This document shows positions 9,893-20,132 of a stretch of DNA of 64,000 nucleotides, piece by piece. Position numbers and translations under genes: made by a program. The stretch comes from an uncultured bacterium (GTDB lineage Bacteria; Bacillota_I; Bacilli_A; RFN20; CAG-826), in assembly GCA_949285665.1 (NCBI GenBank), contig CASDYC010000001.1, forward strand, positions 227,738-291,737, written 5' to 3'. The notes under the pieces were generated by a model. It saw only the letters and a list, made by a program, of their open reading frames with translations, was not told the origin of the DNA and did not search any database. Position 1 is the stretch's first letter. Each line of letters starts with the position of its first letter.

Positions 9893-11155
9893 ATGAATTT
9901 TTTAGATTATCTACAAAAAGAATATTCAAAAGATGTATATGAAAAATTAATAAAAGAATTTGATAAGGAAAGAACTTACTCCTTTATTTTAAATACAATT
10001 AAATATGATGAAATTTTTGTTTCTGACATTATTTATAAAAAACACCCATACATAGACAATGCATATTACTCAAAAGAAAGTTTAGGAAATGATTATAGAT
10101 TTTGTAACGGAGTATTTTATATCCAAGATGCAGCTTCTATGATGATTTCTAAATTTTTAGATGTAAATGAAAATGATGTAATTTTAGATATGTGTGCCGC
10201 TCCAGGAGGAAAAAGCATTGATATTGCAATTAAATTAAAAAACAACGGGATCATAATTTCAAATGATATCAATTATTCAAGAGCAAAAATATTATCAAAT
10301 AATATTGAAAATTATGGATTTAGTAATGTTTTTGTAACTTGTAATGATTTTGAAAAAATATATAAATTTTATAACAAAAAGTTTTCTAAAATTATTCTAG
10401 ATGCCCCATGTAGCGGATCTTTTATGTTTAGAAAAAACGAATTTGCAAAAGAAGATTGGACACAAGAAAAAGTTAAAAAATATTCACTCATGCAAGAAGA
10501 TTTACTTGAATATGCATATTATATGTTACAAGATGGTGGAACTTTATATTATTCAACTTGTTCATTATCAAAAGAAGAAAATGAAATGCAAATAGAAAAA
10601 TTTTTAAATAAGCATGAAGATTTAGAATTAATTGACCTAAATAAAGATGATGAATTTGTAAATGGTAAAAAAAATATTGGTATTTATATAATGCCATATT
10701 TATTTGAATGTGAAGGACAATATATTTGTTTAATCAAAAAACACTGCAAAACCTCAATATTTTTTAATAATATAAATTATTCAAACACAAAAATAAAGGA
10801 ATTAAGTTTTTTAAATTTTAAAAATTTATACAAAACAGATAATGGAATTTATGGGTTTAATAAAGTAATAAATTTAAAATATTTTAATGTTTTAAGATAT
10901 GGATTAAAAATTCTTGATATCGAAAATAAAAAGATGACACCATCTTTAGCTCTTTCAAGATATTTAAATAATGATGATGCAATAAAATTAACATACGATG
11001 AATTTAAACAATATATTTCTGGACAACAATTAAATATAAATAAAGAAACTGGTTATTATATTGTTTCATATAATAATATTAATTTAGGCTTTATAAAAGT
11101 TTCAAATAATAAAGGAAATAATCTTTATCCAAAAAAATTAAGAAGATTTCTTTAA
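9893..11155 (+). CDS. rRNA cytosine-C5 methyltransferase, RsmB/RsmF (NOL1/NOP2/Sun) family with a C-terminal PUA-like domain
   Basis: SAM-binding DMCAAPGGKS, and catalytic LDAPCSGSF and YSTCSLS motifs. I prefer the ATG at 9893 (MNFLDYLQ). Repeat copy A sits in the linker between the domains. Confidence 0.8.
   Translation: MNFLDYLQKEYSKDVYEKLIKEFDKERTYSFILNTIKYDEIFVSDIIYKKHPYIDNAYYSKESLGNDYRFCNGVFYIQDAASMMISKFLDVNENDVILDMCAAPGGKSIDIAIKLKNNGIIISNDINYSRAKILSNNIENYGFSNVFVTCNDFEKIYKFYNKKFSKIILDAPCSGSFMFRKNEFAKEDWTQEKVKKYSLMQEDLLEYAYYMLQDGGTLYYSTCSLSKEENEMQIEKFLNKHEDLELIDLNKDDEFVNGKKNIGIYIMPYLFECEGQYICLIKKHCKTSIFFNNINYSNTKIKELSFLNFKNLYKTDNGIYGFNKVINLKYFNVLRYGLKILDIENKKMTPSLALSRYLNNDDAIKLTYDEFKQYISGQQLNINKETGYYIVSYNNINLGFIKVSNNKGNNLYPKKLRRFL
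10735..10767 (+). repeat. Dispersed ~31-nt repeat, copy A (caaaaaacaCTGCAAAACCTCAATATTTTTTAA)
   Basis: The 24-nt core at 10744-10767 is identical to copies B and D. It lies inside the rsmF-like CDS and is read as HCKTSIFFN. Confidence 0.9.
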
Positions 11156-11935
11156 TTCTTTCTTTTCTTTTTTGATTTTGACTTTATATTTTTTAATATC
11201 AACTTCTTTTTGTTCATTATAAACATCACTCATTATATTTGTTACATAGTTTGCAAAATCAGTGCTTTTAAATTCTTTATAATCATCTTTTATTAATTTT
11301 TGATCAATATTTAATTGAACTAATGATTTAATATTTTGATATCTTAAAAATTGTAAAGGTCGAAAAGTTCCAAATAAATTACAAACATATAAATCTTTTG
11401 ATGTATTTAAAATTATTTTAAAAGTACCATGATGAATTTCTAAAATTCCATTATATGGACTTTTTTGTCTTTTACCTTCTGGAAAAATTAACCAATCAAT
11501 CTCATTATTTTTAAGACTTTTTTCTATTTCTAAAATGGTTTTCACTTGGCTTTTTAAATCGCTTCTATCAAGAGTTTTACCATCTAAAATTTTTAAAACT
11601 CTCCCAACAAAAGGATATTTCATAACTTCTTTTTTAGCAACAAAGCTCATTGGTCTTGAAGCTAATGCAATAAAAATTAATGGATCTACCATTGATTGAT
11701 GATTACACATTATTACATATTTATTTTCATCATTTACATTAAATTTTTCTAAACCATAAACATCAATTTTTATATTTAAATATTTAATAACTTGAATACA
11801 AGCATATTGGACTTTTGCAAATCTTTGTTCAAATGGAATTTTATCTTTTTTAATTGAATAATATAAAATCCAAGAAAAATACCAATATATAATTTTTGGA
11901 ACTAAAACAAAAATTGCAAGAATTAATCTAATCAT
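11138..11935 (-). CDS. 1-acyl-sn-glycerol-3-phosphate acyltransferase family protein (PlsC-like)
   Basis: HX4D motif NHQSMVDP, the FPEGKR motif and an N-terminal TM helix. Confidence 0.8.
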   Translation of the reverse strand: MIRLILAIFVLVPKIIYWYFSWILYYSIKKDKIPFEQRFAKVQYACIQVIKYLNIKIDVYGLEKFNVNDENKYVIMCNHQSMVDPLIFIALASRPMSFVAKKEVMKYPFVGRVLKILDGKTLDRSDLKSQVKTILEIEKSLKNNEIDWLIFPEGKRQKSPYNGILEIHHGTFKIILNTSKDLYVCNLFGTFRPLQFLRYQNIKSLVQLNIDQKLIKDDYKEFKSTDFANYVTNIMSDVYNEQKEVDIKKYKVKIKKEKKELKKSS

Positions 11936-12216
11936 AAATCTTTTGCAATCCTTTCTTTTCCTTTATCTAAATATTGAACTCTTTCAGCAACAATAATTGG
12001 TAATCCATTTTCATCATTTGCTAAAGATCCCATGATGACTAATAAAGTGCCATCTTTAAATGACATAAATTTACAATTTGGAGAAGAGTTCCAATATCTT
12101 ACTTTAAATCTAAAAGTTTTAGCCTCACCATCATTAAAATTATCAAAAGAAACCATTCGATAACCATTTTCTAAGACTTCTTCTGCTCTACAAACTAAAG
12201 TAACACTTGAAATCAT
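11932..12216 (-). CDS. Hypothetical 94-aa protein
   Basis: The ORF sits between pulA (2-nt gap) and the plsC-like gene (ATGA overlap). I recognised no motif. Confidence 0.4.
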   Translation of the reverse strand: MISSVTLVCRAEEVLENGYRMVSFDNFNDGEAKTFRFKVRYWNSSPNCKFMSFKDGTLLVIMGSLANDENGLPIIVAERVQYLDKGKERIAKDL

Positions 12217-12218
12217 TA

Positions 12219-14375
12219 TTATTTAACCTCACCAAATAATTGAATTGAAAAGCCTGGAATTGCTAAATTAATAACATTTAAAGATTCCATTTCTGCATAT
12301 CCAACATCACTTAATAATAATCTTAAATAAACTTCTGAATTATAATATATTGTTTCATTTGAAGGATTTATAAATAGATGCATTTTTTTAAATTTTGAAT
12401 TTGGATCATATTTTTCAATGTCGTATTCGATTCTTACTCCACCCTTTTCAAGATTTTCAAAATAAACGACATCTTGAATTAAATCAGCAGATGAAACTTT
12501 TATAAAATTCATGGTTTTTCTAAATTTTATTAAGCTCTTTAAATAATTCGCCATATCAAAACGTTGATCTAGTAAATCATATCTAAACATATTATATTTA
12601 TCACCCATATTGTAAGTGTTATGATTATTATTTTTACTTTGACCAATTTCTTGACCAGCATGGAAAAATGGAACACCAAATGATAAAAGAATAGTTGCAT
12701 TAACCATTTTTAAAATTCTTTTTACAAATGAATAATCACTATTTCCATCACATGCACAAATCTTATCATATAAAGTTCCATTATCATGACATTCGGCATA
12801 ATTAATTGATTGATTAGCATTTAAAAATCTTCGGTTAAAACAATAATTTATGCATGAACCCATAACTGCAAATTTAAAACCTTCTAAGTATGAAAGATCT
12901 CCTGTCAAATAACCTTTTTGATAAAAACCACCCTCTGAAGATGGACCTTTTATAATATCTCGATATGAATCATTAAAAAATCCGATTTGAGGTAAATTTA
13001 ATGCATTATTTAAATTAGTTCTAAGTGACTCTTCAATTTCAGTTTGCATGTTCCAACCTTCACCATAAAGAATAAAATCTTTTTTAATCGCAATAGCTTC
13101 TCGATAAACTTTATTAATTGTATGTTTATCTGTTAAGCCCATTAAATCAAATCTAAAACCATCAATTCCAAATTCTTTAATCCAGAAAGTACAAGCATCA
13201 CAAATTAATTTAGAAACCATTTGTCTTTCACTTGCTACATCATTTCCACAGCCCGAACCATTTGACAAAAATCCATTTTGTCTTCTTCTAAAATAATAAT
13301 TAGGTACAACTTTTTCAAAAGCATTAAAGCCACTTTCAAATACATGATTAAAAACAACATCCATAACAACTTTAATTTTGTTATGATGTAATGCTTTAAT
13401 CATCTTTTTTAAATCAATAATTCTTGAATATGGATCTTCAACATCACTTGCATAACTTCCCTCTGGAACAAAATATTGTGCAGGATCATAACCCCAATTG
13501 TATTGTAAATCAGGGTGAAGTTCATCGACAGTTTTAAAATCAAAAAATGGAAGGATTTGAACATGGGTTACACCAAGATATTTTAAATAATCTAAACCTG
13601 CAGGATTGCCTTTTAGTGTTGTTCTTTTTTCTTCGGCTAAACCTAAAAATTTACCCTTGTTTTTAATATTAGTGTAAGGAGAAATTGTAAAATCTCTAAC
13701 ACTTAATTCATAAATTATTGCATCTGTATAAGATTTAGTAACTGGTAAATCTTCATTTTCTAAATCAATTTTTGTTCTTTTAAAATTAATTACAACACTA
13801 TATCTACCATTAGGAGTTGAACCTTTTGCATAAGGATCGCTTGTTTCTCTAACTAATCCAGAATTTTCAACAAAATATGAATAATAGGCTCCATCTAAAT
13901 TACCATCGACTTTACATCTATAAACACCTTTTGAAAATCTAACCATTGGAAGAGCTTCAAAACTTTTACCATTATTTCTTGATAATTTTAATAAAACATT
14001 GCTTGCAAGAGGTGCCCAGAGGACAAATTCGGTATATTTATCAAAATAATTTGCTCCTAAATCATCTCCATCATAATAATATTTTTCATCAAATTTTGGA
14101 TCAAGAGAAATTTCATTAACATTTAAAGATGTAATTCCAAAAGAATCAATTTGAATATCATATTTATGACCTAATTCAATTGTATAAGGAGTTTTACACT
14201 CATAGATAAAAATTCCAGAAATTGAATTTGTCTTTAAAATTTGTAAATTTTGTATATCAAATTCATCTTTAACAATTCTTATTGCTTCTCTCTCTGGTTT
14301 TGCATTTAAAGAAAATACAGTAACTCTAATTGTATTAAAATCTACTAAAATAGCCTGAAATGTTGTATTTTTCAT
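12219..14375 (-). CDS. pulA: Type I pullulanase / GH13 debranching enzyme
   Basis: GH13 conserved regions MDVVFNHV, GFRFDLMG, YGEGW and AECHDN, with an N-terminal CBM-like extension. Confidence 0.85.
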   Translation of the reverse strand: MKNTTFQAILVDFNTIRVTVFSLNAKPEREAIRIVKDEFDIQNLQILKTNSISGIFIYECKTPYTIELGHKYDIQIDSFGITSLNVNEISLDPKFDEKYYYDGDDLGANYFDKYTEFVLWAPLASNVLLKLSRNNGKSFEALPMVRFSKGVYRCKVDGNLDGAYYSYFVENSGLVRETSDPYAKGSTPNGRYSVVINFKRTKIDLENEDLPVTKSYTDAIIYELSVRDFTISPYTNIKNKGKFLGLAEEKRTTLKGNPAGLDYLKYLGVTHVQILPFFDFKTVDELHPDLQYNWGYDPAQYFVPEGSYASDVEDPYSRIIDLKKMIKALHHNKIKVVMDVVFNHVFESGFNAFEKVVPNYYFRRRQNGFLSNGSGCGNDVASERQMVSKLICDACTFWIKEFGIDGFRFDLMGLTDKHTINKVYREAIAIKKDFILYGEGWNMQTEIEESLRTNLNNALNLPQIGFFNDSYRDIIKGPSSEGGFYQKGYLTGDLSYLEGFKFAVMGSCINYCFNRRFLNANQSINYAECHDNGTLYDKICACDGNSDYSFVKRILKMVNATILLSFGVPFFHAGQEIGQSKNNNHNTYNMGDKYNMFRYDLLDQRFDMANYLKSLIKFRKTMNFIKVSSADLIQDVVYFENLEKGGVRIEYDIEKYDPNSKFKKMHLFINPSNETIYYNSEVYLRLLLSDVGYAEMESLNVINLAIPGFSIQLFGEVK

Positions 14376-14392
14376 AATTCACCTCTTCTTTT

Positions 14393-14713
14393 TTAATTTT
14401 CATCAATTACAATTGCAATTGCACAATGTTTTTCATGAGAAATGGAAACTTTATATTCTTTATTTTTATATATAAGATATGGTTTTCCATTTTCTTTATT
14501 TAAAATTTCAATATCTTTCAAATTTATTCCAAGAATACTCAATCCTAAAGCCTTAATTAAGGCCTCCTTTGCAGCAAATCTTCCACCTAAAAATTGTAAT
14601 TTATTTTCTTTTTTTTGATACAATAAAAATTCCGATTCACTTAAAATTTTACTCGCTAATAATTTTTCATCTTTAATGTGTTCTAATTCAACAATATCAA
14701 TTCCGACTTCCAT
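14393..14713 (-). CDS. acpS: Holo-[acyl-carrier-protein] synthase
   Basis: GIDIVELEHI start, FAAKEALIKA motif and about 106 aa. Confidence 0.85.
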   Translation of the reverse strand: MEVGIDIVELEHIKDEKLLASKILSESEFLLYQKKENKLQFLGGRFAAKEALIKALGLSILGINLKDIEILNKENGKPYLIYKNKEYKVSISHEKHCAIAIVIDEN

Positions 14714-17589
14714 TAAATTTCTCCAGATATTTTATCATTTAATTCTTCTTGTGAATGGACTAAAACCTTGCTTGCTTTAGTATTACTTCCATTATCTTCA
14801 ACAATTCCTTCTTTTATAAGCATTGAAAATAATTTACCAGCTCTATTAAAACCAACACCAAAACTTCTAATTATGTAATTAATTGACATAAAATCACGAG
14901 AAAAAGCTAATTCTTTAACATCTTCATATAAAGGATCAGATTGTTCTTTTCTAGGAGTTGTATTTTCTTCTCCATATCTTACATTTTCACTTGTTTGCAT
15001 ATTTTCGGCTTTTTCTACTAGGTTTAAGAAATTTTCATCATAAATAACAGGATATTTTAATTTTAATTCTTGTACGACATTTCTAATTTCAGCTGTACTA
15101 ATAAAACTACCTTGAACTCTTAATAAGCCATTTCTTGACATTTCCATACTAGAAATTAACATATCACCATGTCCTAAAAGCGATTCAGCTCCGACTTCAT
15201 CAAGAATAATTTTACTATTAATTGAATCTTTGACACTTAATGCAACACGAGCAGGAATATTAGATTTAATTAAACCAGAAATTACATCTGCACTTGGTCT
15301 TTGAGTGGCAATAATCATTGAAATACCACAAGCTCTTGCCTTTGAAGCTAATCTTACAACATCACTTTGAATGGTGCGATCTGTTTCAATCAAATCCGCA
15401 AATTCATCAATAACTAAAACAATATAAGGTATAGTTTCACCATTTATTGTTTCCATATATTCGTTATAATCAAAAATGTCTCTAACACCAACTTCTTCAA
15501 ATAAAATATATCTATGATCCATTTCTTGAATTAATTTATCAAGTAATTGTTTTGCATATTGCATATCTTTTAAAATTGGACAAAGTAAGTGTGGTGAATC
15601 TTTGTATTGTCCAAGTTCAACTCTTTTTGGATCTACAAAAATGAATTTTAATTCTTTTGGAGAATATCTCATCATTAAAGCAACTAAGAATGAGTGAATT
15701 AAAACCGATTTACCACTCCCGGTTTGACCACAAACTAAAAGATGAGGAAATTTAACTAAATCACCAAAAACAAAATCACCATTTATGTCTTTTCCAAAAG
15801 GAAGTATTAAACTTCTTTTATCAATTTTTGGCATTGCCTCGAATATTTCTTTAAATGGAACTACAGTACTTTTGGAGTTTGGGATTTCAAAACTTGAAGT
15901 TGTTTTTCCAAAAACAATTTTTTCAAATCTAACTTTACGTCCAGCCAAACTCATTGAAATGTCATCTAAATATCGATCTAAACTTCCAATTGAAACATTT
16001 GCATCAGGTGCAATATCATAACGAGTAACTGAAGGTCCGATTGTATAAGATACAGCTTTTGCCTTTATATTAAGTTGAGAAAATTTTTCATTAATTTTTT
16101 CTTTAATTTGTTCGGCAAGTTCAATATTTTCTTGTAGTTCATTATTATCAATAACTACATCCTTTAAAACTTTATTAGGATCTATTGGCTTAAAATCTTT
16201 ATATGGATCTACATATTCGTTATTTTCGGTTTTAAAATTAGTATCATTTGTAAAATTATTATTTGGAGTTGTATTTTGATTATTTTCATTTGATTTAAAA
16301 ATATTTATATATTCGTTTGTTTTCTTTTCTTCTCTTAAAACGTTTTGATCAGTAATATTTTCGTTTTTATTATTTTCATCATTCTTCTTGTAATCATCTT
16401 TTTCATCTTGTTGTTTAGTATTAATAGATTCATTTATTGTATTTTTTTGAATATTTAATTCTTCATTAATAAAATTGTTTGTTGAATCTATATTAACACT
16501 AACATTTTCATTATTTTGATCTAAAGTAACGTTATTATCGATGTTATTATTTAAATTTGCATCATTAAGTTCTTCTTTTTTAAACTCATTTTCGTGTTCT
16601 TTTAAATTAAAAACACTATCATATTTTGTTTTAAAATCATCATTTGAATTTGAAACATTGTTCTTGTTTAAAGATAAATTAGAATTAATAGGTTGATTTT
16701 TTGTTAAATTTTTATCCTCAAAAGCATCAGATGGAAATGAAGAAAGAGTAATTTCTCCTTCATTTTGTTTTTTAAATTCATTTTCTAAAGATAAAGGGGA
16801 AATAGATTCATCTTCATAAATTTGATGAGAGCCGTAATCATTATTATAGTTTGGAATACTCGTTTGAGTTTCTATATCATTTGATTTAGCTTCGACTTGA
16901 TTTAAATTTAAATCTGATGAATTTTCAATATTATCATTTGAACTTGTTTCATTAGTTTCGTCATTATTAAAATCAGTTTTTTCGACAATCTTATTATCTT
17001 TCAATTCAATTTTTTCAGTTTTTTCTTTTTTGTTGTTATTTACAAAAAATATAATCAATAATTTTATTGCTTTATAAAGCAAGAAGAATAAACTTAAAAA
17101 CATTAATAAAGCACAAATTATTATTGTTCCAATATTTGATGTAAAAATTGTATTAAATAAACAAGCTAAAGAAATGCCAATATAGCCGCCGCCTAAATCA
17201 AAATTAAAGACATTAACAGAGCCGTTAGTAAATTTTATAGTATCCAAAAAGTAACTTGAAAAATTATTTAAAGTCAAAGATTTATCATTAATAAGTGGAA
17301 TATTTATTGCAACTAAGATTCCAAAGAATAATAAAATTAGCCCAGTGAATATAAAATTCCATTTAACTTTTTTAAATTTTTCATTTTGTATAATTAAACA
17401 AATTCCAAGAAAAATTAATATTGTAAAAATTAAAAAATATAAATTTCCAAATAAAAAAACAAAAGCATAAGTAACAACACTTGAGACATATGAGTAATTA
17501 ATCAAACCCAAAATAGAAAACAAACAAATTATTACTCCAAATAGTATTTTTAAATGCTTATTTTTTAACTTATTTTTTAATTTATTCAT
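14713..17589 (-). CDS. ftsK: DNA translocase FtsK/SpoIIIE
   Basis: N-terminal TM helices and a long Asn-rich low-complexity linker. Motor domain with Walker A GQTGSGKS and Walker B VIDEFADL. C-terminal gamma winged-helix domain (INYIIRSFGVGFNRAGKLFSMLIKEGIV). Confidence 0.9.
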   Translation of the reverse strand: MNKLKNKLKNKHLKILFGVIICLFSILGLINYSYVSSVVTYAFVFLFGNLYFLIFTILIFLGICLIIQNEKFKKVKWNFIFTGLILLFFGILVAINIPLINDKSLTLNNFSSYFLDTIKFTNGSVNVFNFDLGGGYIGISLACLFNTIFTSNIGTIIICALLMFLSLFFLLYKAIKLLIIFFVNNNKKEKTEKIELKDNKIVEKTDFNNDETNETSSNDNIENSSDLNLNQVEAKSNDIETQTSIPNYNNDYGSHQIYEDESISPLSLENEFKKQNEGEITLSSFPSDAFEDKNLTKNQPINSNLSLNKNNVSNSNDDFKTKYDSVFNLKEHENEFKKEELNDANLNNNIDNNVTLDQNNENVSVNIDSTNNFINEELNIQKNTINESINTKQQDEKDDYKKNDENNKNENITDQNVLREEKKTNEYINIFKSNENNQNTTPNNNFTNDTNFKTENNEYVDPYKDFKPIDPNKVLKDVVIDNNELQENIELAEQIKEKINEKFSQLNIKAKAVSYTIGPSVTRYDIAPDANVSIGSLDRYLDDISMSLAGRKVRFEKIVFGKTTSSFEIPNSKSTVVPFKEIFEAMPKIDKRSLILPFGKDINGDFVFGDLVKFPHLLVCGQTGSGKSVLIHSFLVALMMRYSPKELKFIFVDPKRVELGQYKDSPHLLCPILKDMQYAKQLLDKLIQEMDHRYILFEEVGVRDIFDYNEYMETINGETIPYIVLVIDEFADLIETDRTIQSDVVRLASKARACGISMIIATQRPSADVISGLIKSNIPARVALSVKDSINSKIILDEVGAESLLGHGDMLISSMEMSRNGLLRVQGSFISTAEIRNVVQELKLKYPVIYDENFLNLVEKAENMQTSENVRYGEENTTPRKEQSDPLYEDVKELAFSRDFMSINYIIRSFGVGFNRAGKLFSMLIKEGIVEDNGSNTKASKVLVHSQEELNDKISGEI

Positions 17590-17633
17590 AAATAAAATTA
17601 TATCAAGTTATTGATATAATTTGTAGACATAAA

Positions 17634-17664
17634 AATAAAAATTTTAAAGTTTTGCAGCGTTTTT
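17634..17664 (-). repeat. Dispersed ~31-nt repeat, degenerate copy F (minus strand: AAAAACGCTGCAAAACTTTAAAATTTTTAT)
   Basis: The A-run end overlaps the rnj TAA stop (17663-17665), the same arrangement as copy D. It lies 45-75 nt upstream of the ftsK start. Confidence 0.6.
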
Positions 17665-19351
17665 AATCAACTAAAATTATTTCAGGTTCAATAACTGGAC
17701 ATCTTAGTGTCGTTCTTCTTGTATATTTTGAAACTAATTCTTTAATTTCACTAATACATTCATTTTTATTAAATGGTTTATCTTGTTCTAAATATTTATT
17801 AACAGTCTCAATAAATAAATTTTCAATTCCTTTTAATATTGTTTCACTTTCTTTTAAATACAAATATCCTCTCATTTGAATATCTGGACCACCAATTATT
17901 TTTTTGGCAGATAATGAAACCAACAATGACATAACAACAATGCCTTCTTCTGATAATTTGTTACGTTCCATAATAATTCCACTTTCGACATCGCCAACAC
18001 CAATTCCATCAACCATTAAGTAGCCAACTTTTATTTTATCATTTTCAATGTAATTTAATTTAATCTCACCATCGACAAAATCAATAGCTGTTCCATTATC
18101 TAATAAATAAATATTTTTATGAGATAATCCTGTTTTCATTGAAGCGGCAACTTCAGCATTTGCAATTAAATCTTGATAGACTCCTTTAAGCGGAATGTAA
18201 TATTTTGGATTAATTAAAGATATAAAAAGTTTGATATCATCTTCACTCGGATGCATCTTTTTAATTTGTTTACGCGAAATATTAATAACATTACAATCGG
18301 TTTTATAAAGTTCATCTAAACAAGAAACTGCTAAAACTTCAAAATTACTAGCTGCTGGAGTTAAAAGTAAAAATGTGTCATCTTCTGAAATATAAAATCT
18401 TTGTTCAGCAATATCTTTTAAAGCAAGCATTGATATTTTTCTATAAAGTAAATCACCCATTCCAGAAATAATAATGCATATTGATGAATCTTTATATTTT
18501 GAAATATCATCAACATGTATAATAAATTGTGGATCTACATTATATATTCCAAGACTTGATATCGAATGATAAATTTCATATGTCTCTTCATCATAAAAAC
18601 AAATATACCTATTTGATTTTATACATTCATCCATAATTTCAATAAAATTATAAATATTTTGATAATAAACTGAAACGTACAATCTGCCATTACAATCATT
18701 TAATGCATGTCTTACGTAACTAGAAACTCGATGACTTGGACTTGTATATCCAGTTTTTGATGAATTTAAAGAATCCATTAATAATAAAAAGTTATTTTCT
18801 TCTGACAATTTTGCCAATGCCTTAAAATCAAAATTAAAATATTTATTACCACTACTTTCAATTATAAAATCACCTGAAAAAACAACATTCCCTTCACTAG
18901 TTGAGATAGCAATTCCAGAAGTTTCTGGTAGACTATGGGCTATTTGGAAAAATCTAATTTTGTGATCTTTTACATAAAATTCACTTGTTGCTTCTTGTTC
19001 TCTAACATCATAATTATCAAAATTGACATTTCTTTGTTTACATAATTGTTGCAATAAATATTTTGTAAATTTAGAAGCATAAATTGGTGCTTTAACTTTT
19101 TCATATAAATAAGTTATTGCTCCTAAAGTATCATCATGTCCATGACTTATTAAGTATGCAACAACACGATCTTTATTTTCTACTAAATAAGAAAAATCTG
19201 GAATTATAAAATCAATTCCTGAGGCAAACTTATCTGGATATCCAATACCTGCAGAAATAACAAAAATGTCACCATTTATTTCTAAACAATAACAATTATT
19301 ACCATTAGAATCTAAACCACCTAAAGCTACAAATCGAATCTTATCAACCAT
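17663..19351 (-). CDS. rnj: Ribonuclease J
   Basis: Metallo-beta-lactamase motif SHGHDDTLGA, a beta-CASP region and about 560 aa. Confidence 0.9.
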   Translation of the reverse strand: MVDKIRFVALGGLDSNGNNCYCLEINGDIFVISAGIGYPDKFASGIDFIIPDFSYLVENKDRVVAYLISHGHDDTLGAITYLYEKVKAPIYASKFTKYLLQQLCKQRNVNFDNYDVREQEATSEFYVKDHKIRFFQIAHSLPETSGIAISTSEGNVVFSGDFIIESSGNKYFNFDFKALAKLSEENNFLLLMDSLNSSKTGYTSPSHRVSSYVRHALNDCNGRLYVSVYYQNIYNFIEIMDECIKSNRYICFYDEETYEIYHSISSLGIYNVDPQFIIHVDDISKYKDSSICIIISGMGDLLYRKISMLALKDIAEQRFYISEDDTFLLLTPAASNFEVLAVSCLDELYKTDCNVINISRKQIKKMHPSEDDIKLFISLINPKYYIPLKGVYQDLIANAEVAASMKTGLSHKNIYLLDNGTAIDFVDGEIKLNYIENDKIKVGYLMVDGIGVGDVESGIIMERNKLSEEGIVVMSLLVSLSAKKIIGGPDIQMRGYLYLKESETILKGIENLFIETVNKYLEQDKPFNKNECISEIKELVSKYTRRTTLRCPVIEPEIILVD

Positions 19352-19356
19352 ATCAA

Positions 19357-19944
19357 TTACCTTTCAAAAATTTTATCACCATCTGAAAATTTATATTTAT
19401 TTTTTACAAAATAATTGTCATTTTCATCATAATCAAATTCAATTAAATACAAATCATTATCATCCATAATCATAAAACTTTTATCAATAGACCCCTTTTG
19501 GAAGGTCATGGAACCAGGATTTAATATAATTCCACCATTTTTAGAATGTCTAAATAACGGAACATGAGTATGACCTGACATTAATACTTCATTTTTATCA
19601 ATATTTGATTCAAGTTTTATTTCATTTATATGTCCATGATTTAAATAAAATAAATATTTATCATTTTTAAAACTATTAAAAATTGGCATCTTAAAATTTA
19701 ATACCATTAAATCAACATCTGATTCACAATTACCTTTACAAGCAATAATTTTGTCTGTAAATTTATTCAATTCTTTGTAAACAAAAGAAGGATCATAATC
19801 TTTTTCAACGTAATTTCTTGGACCATTATATAATAAATCTCCAAGCAAAATTAATTTATCAAAATCATATTTTTCCATCAAATAAGTTACAATTTTAGCT
19901 GCGTTTCTTGAGCCATGTAAATCAGAGCAAATTAACAATTTCAT
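19357..19944 (-). CDS. YfcE/MJ0936-family metallophosphoesterase
   Basis: Motifs SDLHG, GDLLYNG, GNCE, NHGH and SGHTH. Confidence 0.7.
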   Translation of the reverse strand: MKLLICSDLHGSRNAAKIVTYLMEKYDFDKLILLGDLLYNGPRNYVEKDYDPSFVYKELNKFTDKIIACKGNCESDVDLMVLNFKMPIFNSFKNDKYLFYLNHGHINEIKLESNIDKNEVLMSGHTHVPLFRHSKNGGIILNPGSMTFQKGSIDKSFMIMDDNDLYLIEFDYDENDNYFVKNKYKFSDGDKIFER

Positions 19945-20091
19945 ATTTATATGTTTTCTTTCTTGATTATTATATCTTATCTTTTTGTAATTTAATAGAA
20001 AAATAAAAATATGGGAAAAAATATTACTAAATTTTTATTATTTAATTACTAAAAATCAACTATTAAATCACCAAATAAATACTAATTAAAA

Positions 20092-20117
20092 GAAAAACTC
20101 TTTTTAAAGAGTTTTTC
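20092..20117 (-). terminator. Rho-independent terminator downstream of pnp
   Basis: Perfect hairpin gaaaaactcttt/aaagagtttttc with a 2-nt loop, followed by a T-rich run on the minus strand. Confidence 0.6.
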
Positions 20118-20132
20118 TAATTAATTATTTAA

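Noticed and set aside
11932-12216. The 94-aa ORF as a single-stranded DNA-binding (OB-fold) protein.
   Set aside because: It has only a vague alternating beta-strand pattern. It lacks conserved SSB aromatic residues and an acidic tail.
16180-17034. AAT-rich periodic sequence as a tandem repeat or CRISPR-like array.
   Set aside because: It is in frame within ftsK and encodes an Asn-rich linker. It has no regular repeat-spacer structure.
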